Positions 1 through 13,216 of a DNA stretch of 64,000 bases are shown here, piece by piece. The DNA comes from Squalus acanthias (taxonomy: Eukaryota), in assembly GCA_030390025.1 (NCBI GenBank), contig CM059432.1, forward strand, positions 83,888,001 to 83,952,000. Reading direction: 5' to 3'. The notes under the pieces are model-generated. The model made no database searches. It saw only the letters and a program-made list of their open reading frames with translations, and was not told the origin of the DNA. Each line of letters starts with the position of its first letter. Position 1 is the stretch's first letter. The translations under genes and the position numbers were made by a program.

Positions 1-945
1 GCGTGCCTCAGAGTGATCCACCATTATAAATTTAACTCTGGCTGGTTAGGTTTCCCAGGCCTCAGGGAACCCGCCAGCTAAAGGGAGGCGAGGACTGCTG
101 GATCCAGGAGGTAAGTGCTTTTCCACTTACCTGCTGGATTGGCATTCCTGCCTCACCCGCTCCCCCTGACCCATTCGATCTCCCACCGACCACCCCCCTG
201 AGCTCTCTGACCTCCCCCTCGAGGCCTCCGATCTTCCCCCACGAGGCCTCCGATTCCCCCCTCCGGCCTCTGACCACCCCCTTCAGCTCCCAATCACCCT
301 CTCAGCTTTCTGACCTCCCCCTCCGGCCCCTGATTGCCTTCCCGACATCCCACCTCTGGCCCCAATCCTCCTCCAGCCCCGATCCTCCTCTGGCCACCAC
401 CCCCAATCCTCCTCTGGCCCAGATCCTCCTCTGGCCACTGACCACCCCCTGATCCTCCTCCAGCTTCCGAACACCTCTCTGATACTCCTCCGGCCCCAAT
501 CCTTCAGCCCCAATCCTCTTCCAGCCTCTGACCACCCCCCTGATCCTCCTCCGGCCTCCGAACACCTCTCCAATACTCCTCCGGCCCCAATCCTTCAGCC
601 CCAATCCTCTTCCAGCCTCTGACCACCCCCTGATCTTCCTCCAGCCCGATCCTCTGGCCCCAATCCTCCTCCGGCCTCCAAACAACTCCCCCCCCCCCCC
701 CCGATCCCTCCCTCCCTCCTCTCTGCGACCTAGTGTCGCAGGCCTACCCTCGCCTGACAGCCAGCCAGCCTCTCCATCTGGCTGGCTGTGCATGGGAAAC
801 AGAGCTTTGTAATGCTAATAAGGCCCTGCTGTTAAATTCAGCAGGGCCTGCGGGAAACCCGTTCTTCGTGGTTTTCCGACCATTTTCCAGCACCCCACCC
901 ACCCCACCCTGCTCCCTACCCGGCTCCAAATTAAAATTTCGGCTA
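1..945. mobile_element. Right part of a GC-rich MITE-like element containing a C-rich minisatellite
   Basis: Ends in TTAAAATTTCGGC like other Harbinger-type termini in the window; left end lies outside the window. Confidence 0.5.
330..700. repeat. C-rich minisatellite with ~90-91 bp higher-order period
   Basis: TGACCACCCCC recurs at 439, 529 and 620; built from short GATCCTCCTCC / CCCAATCC monomers. Confidence 0.85.
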
Positions 946-1146
946 ATATTCTATCCGCTTAACCATTTTTTTGACTAGATTTAGCATTACTTCTTTGCTT
1001 TTGTACTTGATACCATATTTATAAGATGTAGGATTTTTTTTTACAGCTGGAGAAACTTGTCTTCCCACTTTTGAAGATTTATGCATTTGAATGCCTAAGT
1101 CTGTCTGCTCCTCTGCTTGTTTTAAGGCTTTACCATTTTAGAGCCC

Positions 1147-1643
1147 CAGCACCACACTTTAGGAAGAATGTCAAGACCTTAGAGAGGGTGCAGAGGAGAT
1201 TTACTGGAATGGTATCAGGGATGAAAGACTTCAGTTATGTGGAGTGACTAGAGAAACTGGGATTGTTCTTCTTAGAGCAGAGAAGGTTAAGTGGAGGTTT
1301 TATAGAGGTGTTCAAAATCTTGAAGGGTTTTGATGGAGTAAATAAAGAGAAATTGTTTCCAGTGGAAGAAGGGTCAGTAACCAGAGGACACAGATTTATG
1401 ATGATTGGCAAAAGAACCGGAGTCGCCCTGCAGAAATATTTTTTTTTTACCTGGAATGCACTGCCTAAAAGGGTGGTTGAAGCAGATTCAAAAATAAATT
1501 TCAAAAGAGAATTGGATAAATACTTGAAAAGGAAATATTTGCTGGGCTATGAGGAAAGAGCAGGGGAGTGAGACGAATGGGATAGCTCGTTCAAAGAGCC
1601 GGCACAGGCACGATGGACCGAATTCTGTGGTGTATCAGTCTAT
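1147..1643 (+). mobile_element. CR1 LINE 3' fragment
   Basis: LEQRRLSGGFIEVFKILKGFD...TRGH...WNALP...FKRELDKYL. The tail is split by the MITE at 1644-2132 and resumes as TATGATTCTAT. Confidence 0.85.
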
Positions 1644-2132
1644 GGGGGAGAAATTCAATATCGCCCCGTTTGGAGCACTAACTTCTGAAAGCTTTTTCAA
1701 AATTCAGTGTTTGTGCTCCGGGAAGGAAGTGGAGTGCTAAATCAAGCGCTCCACTTCCTTCCTGGAGCGCTAAAGGGCGCAGGCGGGGCGGTAGTGGTGC
1801 AGTGCTGCACAATGTCCCGTGCAGCGCTGCTGCGATCCGAGGCTCCTTCCCTTCCTGGAAGGGAAGGGCCTTCGTTGCAGGCTCTGCATTGGGACCAGTT
1901 AGCTGGTCCCCGATGGCAGCCGCGATCTGGCCCGATCAGCCCCATGCACTCCAGCAGAGTGCCGGGCTGATTGATCGCGGCCCAGGAGCAATCAAACAAA
2001 ATCACTTGAAGCGTTGTTAAAATTTTTCTCCTACCCGCGCCAACATCCCCTTTTATTTGCGCCTCTGAAGCTGCCGGCCTCCCGAACAACGTCTCCTGCA
2101 GCTGTTGGTGTTGTCGCCAAATTTCCCCCCCC
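1644..2132. mobile_element. Harbinger-type MITE
   Basis: Termini GGGGGAGAAATT / AATTTCCCCCCCC; TSD TAT on both sides. Confidence 0.8.
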
Positions 2133-2324
2133 TATGATTCTATTTGATGTATATTTCTTCTCCTTACTCCCAAAATGCATCACGTCACAATTCTTTGCAC
2201 TAAATTTCACACACCTTTGATTGCCGTGATTATCTCTCTGCCGAGGTGTGATAAAGGGCAGTTAGAAAGATTAACTGTAATCATCCGGCAGTGTTCTCTG
2301 ACTATATATGCTGTGCCTATATGC

Positions 2325-2461
2325 ATCTCTTCACTTCACCTGACGAAGGAGCAGCGCTCCGAAAGCTTGTGATTTCAAATAAAGCTGTTGGACTATAACC
2401 TGGTGTTGTGCGACTTCTCACATTTGTCCACCCCAGTCCAACACCGGCATCTCCACATCAT
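2325..2461 (+). mobile_element. Penelope-like element pLTR / 3' fragment
   Basis: Hammerhead core followed by AATAAA (2378-2383) and ctgttggactataacctggtgttgtg, the layout typical of PLE terminal repeats. Confidence 0.65.
2336..2372 (+). ncRNA. Minimal type I hammerhead ribozyme motif (Penelope-like element type)
   Basis: TCAC-CTGACGA-A-GGAGC-agc-GCTCC-GAAA-GC-TT-GTGA: stem I TCAC/GTGA, core CUGANGA and GAAA, stem II GGAGC/GCUCC, palindromic AAGCUU in place of stem III. Confidence 0.75.
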
Positions 2462-3133
2462 AAATTTCACCCGACATCTATCTGACCAAAATGCTAACCC
2501 ATCGATGTTCCCCTTTCTTATTCTGACTTTCTCCCCCAGTGTCAAGACCCCAGTTATCAAAGAACCAAATGACATTGTCCATGATAGTAAACATGGCTTT
2601 ATATCCTCTCGACCTCTCTGCCACAAGTGGCTGGCCTCAATGTTGTATACATCAAAGTCCAAGAGCTTCCTGTATTTTGAATCTAAGGTGATGATGGGGA
2701 GTGAGATTATGGAAAGTCTGAGGAAGCAGTCAGTCATGGATAAAAGGAATTTGAAATTGCTTCTGCTGCTGAGGATGATCTAGGAGTAGTAATCAGTTTT
2801 GGTCAAGGAGAGGAAGTGCTGGTACAATTTGGATGATCCAACAAATGCTACTGGAGGACAGCAAGGCCAAATGAATCCAGCTATGTTAAATTTGCAACCA
2901 AAAGCAGTAAAAAAAAAATCCCATTCATTAGACAAGTACAAGCTATTAATCAGCATTAAGTAGACACCACATAAACCACCCAATCAAATTATTCAGATGT
3001 GTTTTTCAAATCCAGCAATCTGGAATCAGTAACCACCACAAAACAAAACAGTCATATCACTTAAGTAATTTCTTCACACTGTTTTTGGCAGTCATTTTTC
3101 TTCTTCACTCAGTTAGTGTACACAGCTAAAAAT

Positions 3134-3871
3134 GGGTCGGATCTTGCTGGAAAAATAATGGTGTGCTAACAATACACACCGTTATTAATGTGCATATTGA
3201 CCGGCAAGTTCAGGGGATTAAGAGATATGCCATGAGTTGTGAATCTCCAGAACTTGCTGGTTGATTTATGCCGCTCTCCCATTTGCTTTGCACAAATGGT
3301 ATCTCACACTTAACCTCCCTGTTATTTTAAGAACTTGCTGGATTTGTACATTAATTGCCCTTAAACTCAACACAGAAAGTTAAGTCTCACACTTAAGCGC
3401 GTAAGTACCTTTTTAACAACGTGATCATTATTAATGCAGTACCAATCAACCTCTCTGGCCCAGAAATTGAACAATTTAAATTGTGGAGTCTCATTCCTTC
3501 AGGTGGTAAACTGTTCTTAGAGACTTTAAATTTTAAATTTTAAAATTTGTCCTGTCTCTTTTTATATCTCTCTTTTTATCCAATCTTTCTTTCCCTCTCA
3601 TTATTTCTCTTTCAGTGCCTGATTTAACTCTAATTCACCCTCCTTTTCCATTGTTCCTTTGTTTCTTTTTCAATCCTTAAATCTCATTGGTTAATGAGAT
3701 ACACTGTTAGTCCTGCCGTTCACTGAGGTACCAGGTGCCCCGTTGCCTTCACCACACCGTTATCAGCTTGCACTTCCAACAAGTTATGGCGCAAAGATAT
3801 TTTGAGCTGCAGAAAAAAGTCTAACTAACGGGGCACGCATTGAGACGCCCCATTCCAGCAAGATCCAGCTC
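3134..3871. mobile_element. Harbinger-type MITE (family shared with 47883-48618)
   Basis: 19-bp TIR GGGTCGGATCTTGCTGGAA / TTCCAGCAAGATCCAGCTC (16/19); TSD AAT on both sides. Confidence 0.85.
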
Positions 3872-4779
3872 AATATATAGCATAACAACACATCAAAAAT
3901 GACTACACTTACTTTGGTCCTTTATGCCTAGAGATTTCCCTCGCATAGACTCTCCCTTTTATCTGAGGCCTGGGGCTTCAGCTGCAAATGTTATCTAGGG
4001 CTTGGGTGTTGGAGATTTCCAACTGCTGTAGACAAATTCTGTGCATCTGAGAAAGATGCATCATGGGACTTGTACTTTTCACCCTGTTCATGAGGATCTA
4101 CAATACCCAGAGTTTATCATGGCCACTTGTGTCACATGATAATCAGGTAGGAAATTTCCAAGTAACAAATGTAAAGTGCAAGTATCAAACAAAACATATT
4201 AAACATTTGAAAGTATGGAATTAAAGTTCTGAATAACAAATGCTGTTTAGGAGAAAGTTTTCTTTCTGTTGCTGGGGTGGGGGTGGTGGGGGAGGAAGGC
4301 TGATATTTGCGTTGAGACCAGAAAGTGCAGTTCATGAGGTGTTCCGAAGCAGTGCTTGGATATTTTGGCCTGAATGAGTCAATCAGCTAAGCTAATAGCA
4401 AATGAACACCAGTTCAAGGTACGACTCAAAGGAGACTCCACAGTGGGAAAAAACACAAAATGACAGATTATCAAGAACAACAGATCTACTGTGGATAGTA
4501 AGGGGAAGAAATATATATTTTAATAATTATTTAAATAACTCATCATTTAGTATCAGTAAAGTTGGCAATACTTGTACCTCGTGTTATCAACGGACCAAGG
4601 CATAGCAAATATACTAAATTAATTCTTCTTTTCTATCTTTGAAGAGGAGACCATGAGCAGTCTTCTTAGCAAGAAAGTTGAATTCTGGGTGGAGAGAAAG
4701 GTGAGCAGAGGAAACATTAAAAGGTGAGAGTAGAAGTGGTAGGCAATGGAGATTTCCAGCAAGAAAAGGCCCAGCATCC

Positions 4780-5440
4780 TTCCCCTTCCAATAGCAGCAC
4801 ATCGCCACATCCCCCACCATATCCTGAGGGTCACCATTGACAAGAGGTATATTTGGATAAGCCATATCAACACAGTGGCTACAAGAGCAAAGCAGGGGCT
4901 GAGTATTTTAGAATGGTTGGCTCACCTCCAGACCCTGCAAAGTCTCCTCACTGTCTACACAGCTCACGTCAACATTGTGATGGAATACTCAACACTCAAC
5001 TATGGGTCCAGCCACAACAGCATTCAAAAGCTCGACATATTCAGGGTGAAGCCCCTGCTACTGAAGTCAATATCCATCCCTTCCACCTCCAGCACAGGGT
5101 GGCTGTAGTATTTATTATCTACAGGATGCACAGTCGCAACTAACCATAATCTCCCACTACCACAACCTCTATCAATGAGAAGGACAAGAGCAGCATTATC
5201 ATGGGAACACCATCTCTTCCAAGTTCCCGTCTGTTACACACCATCCTGACTTGAAAATATATTGGCATTCCTTCACCGTAGCTGGGTGAAAATACTAGAA
5301 ACCCTTACCTAACACCATTTGGAAGCACCATCACCACAAGGACTGAAGCAGCTGAAGGAGAAGGTTCACCACCACCTTCTAAAGACAACTAGGGATGGAC
5401 AATAAATGCAGCCTTGCCAGTGTCACCCACATGCCGAGAA
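4780..5440 (+). mobile_element. LINE RT 3' fragment (CR1/L2-group, clade uncertain)
   Basis: ILRVTIDK...WISHINTVATRA...VMEY; 3' end CAACTAGGGATGGACAATAAATGC. Confidence 0.65.
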
Positions 5441-5559
5441 CAAATATATAAAAAAGCTAAAGCTTCAGATAAGGTGGTCACTGATGGGCTGAGGAAGACA
5501 TGGCACCAGGCTTGGATAGATTTCATACAATGGTGCTTAAAGAAATGGCTGAGGAAATC

Positions 5560-5910
5560 AGTCATGTCCTTCCCACTACCTTTAGAGAAGCATTGGAAAC
5601 AGAAGTAATGCCTGAGGATTAGAAAGTAACTAAGATAACACCAATCTTTAAAAAGATGCATAGGGATGACATATTAAACTACAGGCTAGTGAAGTTCCAT
5701 CTCTGTGGGTAAAGCATCCGAAAAGAAGGAACAATAAAATATCTAGATAGTTATGGTATGGTAAGAGTGAGTCAGCATTGATTGTTTTTATGAAAGATCT
5801 TACTTAACAAATTTACTGGACTTCTTTGAGGGAATGACACACCTTGTCAACAGAACTTCTGTGATTTGATATATTTAGATTTCTGGAAGAGTTAGATACC
5901 AGCCACACAA
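5560..5910 (+). mobile_element. Degenerate CR1 RT fragment
   Basis: ATAACACCAATCTTTAAAAAG...AACTACAGGCTAGTG...AGTCAGCAT...TTACTGGACTTCTTTGAGG, collinear with the CR1 RT at ~39030-39300. Confidence 0.6.
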
Positions 5911-5984
5911 TTAAAATATATTTAAAGCAGATTTATCTAGTTATCTCTTGTTATTATGTATGTGATATGCCACTCATTACTGAC

Positions 5985-6695
5985 ACCCTGATACCAATTA
6001 TTACCCAACTCCAGGTCATTCAATTATGCTTCCTGACCCATTTGCTAGCCAACATCATGAGCAGCTCTCTATGCTCAGACACCAACCTCTCCCTTTCAAA
6101 ACTGCTGTCATCACCTCCTTGCAAATAAGCCCACCCTTGACCTCTGTGTTCTCTCCAAATACTATCCCTAATATTTCTTTCCTCTCTAAGGTTCTTGAAT
6201 GTGTCATCACCTCCGTGCTTCATACCCTCTGCTGCCATAACTCTGTTTGAATGCCTACTGTCTGCGCATAGTACCAAGACCACGCTGATTAAAATCACCA
6301 ACAATATCCTCTGTGACTATGATCCCATGGTCTTATCCCCATCCTACTTCTGTAGACTTACATTCCCTCTCGTCCCATCATGTCCTGTGACTCTGGCCGT
6401 CTGTGCATTCCCTACTCTGCCCACTCCAGCAATGGAGATCGAGCCATCAGCCGTCTCAGATATGCTCTCTGAAAATCCCTCCCTAAACCTCTGCACTCCT
6501 GAACTAACAAAAAGAAACCTACTTCTCTTCCTGCCTTTAAAAACCTTCTTAGAACCCATTTATTCACAGCCAGCTCTGTAATAACTCCCCCACAAAGGTT
6601 TGGTGCCCATTCATTTTCTCGCTATGATACACCTTGGGATATTTTTCTATGTTAAAGACCCTATATACATGGAAGCTATTTCTGCTGTTGTTGTG
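5985..6695 (+). mobile_element. Degenerate L2 LINE fragment with 3' tail
   Basis: LPFKTAVIT...ISFLSKVLECVI, AHSTKTTLIKITNNILCD; tail CCTTGGGATATTTTTCTATGTTAAAG...CTATATA. Confidence 0.7.
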
Positions 6696-7299
6696 TTGGA
6701 GAGAGAGAGAAAATCATCAATTTTTAGACCGGGAATTCCAAGCTTCCTGGGATGGTTATTCTGCACCTAAAATAAACACATGCTTAAAATGAATTATGTG
6801 ATTACTTGGGTCACCATTTTTCCTTTATTTCCCATTTCTGCTTTTTATCTCCTTCCCTATTGTCTCTGTTCCTTCTTTATATTATTAACTTTAGTTCTAA
6901 CTAATTTCCCCTATTTTTCCCTTTCAACTTAAAAATATATTAAGCATTTTTTCTTATGTTTTTCCTCTGTCTCTTATCCATTTTGGAAGTGGGAACCTCT
7001 GATTGGCTGAAAACTGTCTTCAGAGACTAATTTTTAAGCCACCAGTCTAAAGATTACCTTAAGTGATCATGACAACTGGTTTAAAGCAACAAACCAGGAA
7101 ACACAATTACAGAACCAGTAATCTGGTTTGTGTCATTGATAGTCCAATCATGCCCAGTTATAAATAACATATTTGTAGTACTCTGAGGATTTATATTACA
7201 AACTAAGGAATATTTGTATTTATATAATGTATTACACGTCTCTCAGAAATGTCTCCACATGTCACATACAATGAATGTCACATACAATGAATGTCACTC

Positions 7300-7600
7300 T
7301 TTCTTCTGTGTCAGGATGTTGTGCGTTCAAGTACCACTTCAGGATTTTAGCACATATTCTAAGCTGATATCCTAGTGCCATACTGAGGGGTACCTCACTG
7401 CTGGAGATGCTGTCCTTTGGATAAGATATTAACTTGAAGTCCTATCTACTAGTTCAAGTGGATAGGACTATTCAAAGAAGAGCAGTAAGTTCTCCTTGTG
7501 CCAATATTACTCCCTCAACCAACATTATCTAAAACAATCAACTGGTCATTCACCTTATTGCTGTTTGTAGCAAAATAGCAGCTGTGTATCCTGACATATC
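7300..7600 (+). mobile_element. Deu-domain SINE, degenerate
   Basis: TACTGAGGG...GCTGTCCTTTGGATAAG...ACTATTCAAAGAAGAGCAG...CCCTCAACCAACA. Confidence 0.6.
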
Positions 7601-8386
7601 AATAGTCTCTGCCCTTTAAAATGTTGCAAACTACTAACAATAAGGCAATTAAAAACAGTAAATGATAATAATAAGTAAGAGTGCAAAACCACCATTTTGC
7701 ATTTTGGCAGACTGCAGCTGCACATTCCTGCCCACCTGCAAATTTGTACCCAATTTTTCAACAGTTCCATATTGACAGAAATAGGACCAGCTGCATTGGT
7801 GAATCAACAATGCCTTAACTAAAAAAAGTATTTGGAGGAATAGGGTACATTACACTTACATTAACAAGTATGGGCTCTAAACTTTCTTGCCAGTTTTCAA
7901 TGGATGTAAGATGATCTCTACAACTTGAAAGCTGTTATAATCTTCCATCAATAGATATCAGAATATTTTGTCCATCCTGACTCATGGGGACCAGTATCGA
8001 TGTGAATTAAGTTTTTAACATATATGTTTAAAACATTTTATTTTTGTGTGGGAGGCCAAATTGACAACTGAATTCTCACTATGTTCTAGCCATGACATTA
8101 TGGCTGATTTATGTACCAATGTAAACAGTAGGAATCCCCATTCAGATAAACATAACACAGAGAAACCTCAACAAATAAAAGAAACTTCATCTTGATTTCC
8201 TGCCTCAGTCCTCCATTCCATCAGTAGAAAGTATTTTCAGGGATATTCTTGAGTTAATAATTAATTAAACTAAAGATTGAACAAAGGCAACTTTATTGCT
8301 GAGTTCATTCATCCTTCCACTAATCACCTATCAATGATAAAACAAACAATTCTGTAATGAGCTGTTTTGGGCATGGGTCACATTTA

Positions 8387-8545
<159 letters not shown>

Positions 8546-8558
8546 TCATAGGCTAAAG

Positions 8559-8844
8559 CAGGCGTGCCCCAACTTTTTGTCTTTGTGGATCACTTAGATG
8601 CATACTATTGATTGTCAGGGGCTATATTTAAAATTGAAATTGAAATCTCAAGCTTTTGATATGAACAGATCTTGGTGTTCTGATTTGAGATTTATCCACA
8701 AATGCTAAGAGCTGCCCTTTCCACACCTCCAGCCCCACAAAATTCAAACAACCAACCAGCCCAAATTGCACAGAATTGTCTGAGCTTTGTTGGCTGGATT
8801 GCTAGTGGTCGAGGCCACGTTTGGCAATAGTTTGGACACCTGTG
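8559..8844. mobile_element. hAT (Charlie-type) MITE
   Basis: Termini CAGGCGTGCCCCAAC / GTTTGGACACCTGTG; 8-bp TSD GGCTAAAG / GACTAAAG with central TA. Confidence 0.8.
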
Positions 8845-9736
8845 GACTAAAGAAGTGGAACTAAAGTCAATATTCAATGCACATCTTTGAAAGAGACGAG
8901 TTTTTGGATCTATTCAGTTTCCTAGAAGAATTTAACAATACTGAGTTTATATGATTATGAGTTACATATTCTAACCAAAGCTGAGCCTTGCCCTGTTAAA
9001 GTGCTCAGTACTATTGATGATTCCTGTCTGTATGTAACATCCATTGAAAGTTGATGTGGTTTAAGTTTCAAAGTGTAAAAACAGCCATCAATCATTTACT
9101 TTTATTAAAGTTAAAAGTAGAAGGTAATACTTTGGAAATAAAGCTTGCTGTGTCTTATTTACCATTTGAAATTTAAAATATAGTAATGTCTGAAATACAG
9201 ATATGAAGAGAAACAATAATGGTAATAGGATTTTGATTAGAGGATTGGAGAAACAAGCTGGACAAAATGTTTTTTTCTCATGTTCTTGGAAAATTTTAGC
9301 AGGGAGAGACCCAGTTCTGTCATGTCTAAATGGATGCATCTAAATGGATATATGCAACAACATAACAGAATTTAATATAATAATCACGTTAAGGACAAAT
9401 CATTTTTAGTACCATATCACAGCACAATGAGTGCTGATAATCCTACCTATTCCTAACTAAAGTAAAATAAATACAATTTATTGCTTAATTAACTAAAAAC
9501 CCAGTGCTTTTTAAATCACAACCCACCACAAGATTGTTATCTATGATTCCTGCCCTGTTAAACAATCCCTCTGTCCACCTCTGGAGTTCTTAAATCTTGC
9601 ATGAGCTTTACAGAAAGAAAATACAGGGCGAGGTTTATGTAATTATCAAGGTTTAAGTTCTACAACATTATCTTACCCAGAAAAATGATGGTCTCATCAG
9701 TGTTATGCTCGTGGGGATTTTTAGCTTAAATATTTG

Positions 9737-10965
9737 AGCCCTGATTTTAACTCCCTGCGGCTAATGAGAACGGGGTATGCGGGGGTTAAAATATCAGCAA
9801 TGTGGCACTCACCAGAGCCACACTGCACACACCCCACGCCAGTTTAACAGATTTGTTTCAGGCACTGTGTGGCCCTCGCCCCAGGTGGGCAGATAGGAAA
9901 CAGGAGCAGGTACCGTTCGTAGTTTTTTTCACTAGGCTGGAGGCACTGTCTGAAGATGATTGCAGGATGAAGTGGGTGCAGTCAATGATGCCCTGGACAT
10001 GGGAAAATTCTGTAATCTGAGCAAACCTCAGAGCTCTATCCTGCTGCTTCCAGATGTCTATGGGTAATATGATAAAAGTATATGCTCTGCCAAACATGGC
10101 GTCAGTCATTTTTTTAGTGCAAATATGAACTGCAGACTGATTCATGTTGCTGATATCTCCTATGGCAGCCTAGAAGGAGTAGGAGGCAAAGTTGAGGGCT
10201 GCAGTGACCTTGACTGCAACAGGCAATGCTGTGCTAAATCTGGCAGTTGGTTATAGGTCCTGTTGCAGGAGGTGACACAACTGTATGACAGCCTCTCTAA
10301 AGAAGCTCAACCTCCATATGCACTGCTCCTTTGAGAAGTGCAGGTATGTTGTCCTGGGCCTACAAACTCTGGGAGGGTAAGGATTCCTGTGAGCATGCGT
10401 CCTTTGGTTTGTTCTCCCTGTAGGTCCAGCTCTGTGTACTCCTTCCTCGTGGTCCTTCTCCTCATCATCTTTCTCTAGCCGGAGTGGATTTGCCAGAAGA
10501 ACTCCCATGATGAAAAAGTGCATTGCCAGAAGCCCCTTAAGAGTTGAGAATGTTGTACAGGCTTTACAACCACTTTGAAATGGTCGAAGTAGCCAAAAAC
10601 CACAATGTAATAGAATCAAAATGTCTATCTAAACTTTCCAGCATTTTACCTGAAAGCAGCTCAGAATCCCTTTAAATAGCGCTGAAAATGAATGGCTTCC
10701 TGATGGCTTGTAACGCCCATAGTTGGGGAAATGACAATAGCAATGTGAGTGGCAAGCAACATGGTGCCCAGGTCCTAAAACTGGTGTCGGACCCTCATTT
10801 ACACAAATGCATTTGGCGCTCACCCATTTCAAGTGTGAGCGCTGGCCACCTAAATCGAGGCCTGCTTAAAAATTGCATTAGGTGGGCGTTAGATGCAAAA
10901 TCAGTGCAGAGTTTGTTTTAATGTTTGGCCCGCTATTGCTCCGCACACGCTGAAAAACGGGATAG
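9737..10965 (-). mobile_element. Decayed Harbinger element with transposase relic
   Basis: Minus-strand fragments YPPRVCRPRTTYLHFSKEQCIWRLSF...LCHLLQQDL and NQSAVHICTKKMTDAMF...VQGIIDCTH; left end GCCCTGATTTT. Confidence 0.8.
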
Positions 10966-13216
10966 TAAGCTGACAAATGCCTCCGCCCACCACCCCCCAG
11001 CTTCCCCCATATACCTTTTATTGGAAAAGAGGGAAAGTCACATACAAATGTCTGAACAAGGATTAAAATAAACTTTGGTATAATATATTCAGTGGTAAGT
11101 TAGTTGAAATATTGCTTTGGTTGGTTTTGAAATAAGAGCTGGATGTTCACTGAATTTATTAATTGCTTCCACAGGTCACATTTCCCAAGCAACAAGAAAA
11201 CTTCTATTTTACAATTCAAAAGCTTTGTCTGATATCTTCAATTAAAATGAAGTTTCACTTATAATTAAGGCTGCAAAGGAATGAAATTGGGTTTAATCTG
11301 CAACTAGGATTTATTTAAGTGGTCTGCGTCTCTAAAAGCTGTAATTATTCTGATGGCTTGGTGCTAAATTTGTTGTGCATCTATTGAGAACTAAGTGCTG
11401 CTGTATGATGGAAAGAAATTGTGCTCAATTAAACTCTCTTTTTTGTTAAAGCCACTAATTGAAAGTTAATCATTCGAAGTTGTAATACCACACTTAAGGA
11501 AAAATTTTACAATGCATACATGTTTACAAGGATTTGCAGTTCAATGTGACTATCTTAAAAGGTGTGGTTGAACTATGAACAAACCTTTGAGGGGGGTAAG
11601 GATTAAGCAAAAGGAGAAATGACAGCATGGTATAGAACCCTAAACAGAGCTCTGTTCTGTTCAGAAGAGGGTGGATTGAAAACATAGGCTGATTGCCATT
11701 TTTAATTTTACCTCACTGAATCACTCTCTTCAAAAATGTTGAAGAACAGGAATGATTCCTCACTGCAGTCTCACAATGAATAATGATTATTATAGTCTTA
11801 CAAGGAAAATAAAAAGACCAGGATTATTCCCACCTATTTTCTTTGTAACAAAACCTTTCATCAATAAAAAAGAACCACAGGAAATTGGAAGGCGAAGTAT
11901 TTTAATAAATTTTCCCCATAAGCATTTATTTTATTTGTGTATATATACAAGCATTGAAAAATAAACGTGAATCCACTTGTTTCCGACCAATGGCAAGGTC
12001 TCTTTTTTTGAGTAGTGAGATACAACACTAACTGTACAGGAAATTTGCAGATGCAACCATGCAAGAAAATGTCAGGCTTCAGCTGCTCTTTAGTTTTTGC
12101 ACCTGCCTTCAGTCATCAGTGCTATCTACAGAATGTCAGCTTTATCCCAGCTTCCAAAATCCAATCACCATGCAGCTGGTTTGAACTGTCAGGTTTATGC
12201 GCAAGAATTGCTGATGCCAATTGAGATAACTGATAAACAGAACAGATGAACCTTATACTATTTATAGTTTTTGCTCCACAGCTAAGAGGTTGTTCAAGAA
12301 CATTTGCATTCATTCTTAAGGAAAACTCACACAAAATAACATGGCTAACAAAAAATTCCCATAAAATAGCCAGCAGTGTCAAAAGCAATCTATGACTAAA
12401 TAGTATGTAGCTGCATTGAAAAAAGGCTTGTTGAAATTAGCTTGTTTCAAACAATTTTTTTCTCGCCAATTTTATTCCCTCCTTTTTAAGGTATTGACTT
12501 ATTTCTGGAACACACTCCCCAGCTGACGGTCGTCCTCCACCAACACCTCCTCCAAATGACCATCATTCAAGTGTGAGGCCTGTCAGTGAGTGTTGGTAAC
12601 CTATCTGATTGCAGGAGGCAACACAGCTGAACCAATCATGTCTTCACTCACCACCCCCCACCCATGCATTTCCGGCAGGAATGGTTTGGGGATTTTTTTG
12701 GGGTATTCGCAATTTTCTTACCAGCCTTGAACAAAGTTCCAAACTCTGGCAAGTTGATTGCTTAACAAAAGTTCATTCTAAGATAATCTATCCCATTGTA
12801 ATTTAATCTTTCAAATCATTTTTGTGGCGGATGAAACATGCAGAAGAAAGTGAGTTATTCCTGCCAAAATTGATTTTAACTTGTGCTATATGCACCACAT
12901 TTTGGGTGGACTGTGAACTTACTGCCCAATCAGTATAGTATATGCAGCATTTTTGGCTCAATGTTCACAGGCTTAGTGTTCTTATCACCAGCCTCTCAGA
13001 TACACAGCAGGTTCTTGTCACATTTCACACCTCACTCCATAGTGATTTCCTCCTTCTCCTTCTCTAGCATGCTGTTACTGAGTGATGTACCTCATTATTG
13101 AAAGTAAGCTGAACTGAACCATTTTGGGTAATTTGGCCAATTGCCAAATGTGGCCCAATTAGGATGCTTCAAATTAATATATGCCTATCCTTTGCTAATC
13201 AAATACCCTGCTGCTG

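Noticed and set aside
283..793. Gly/Arg-rich ORFs, or a CRISPR-like array
   Set aside because: Translation of a minisatellite; no unique spacers, and the context is eukaryotic.
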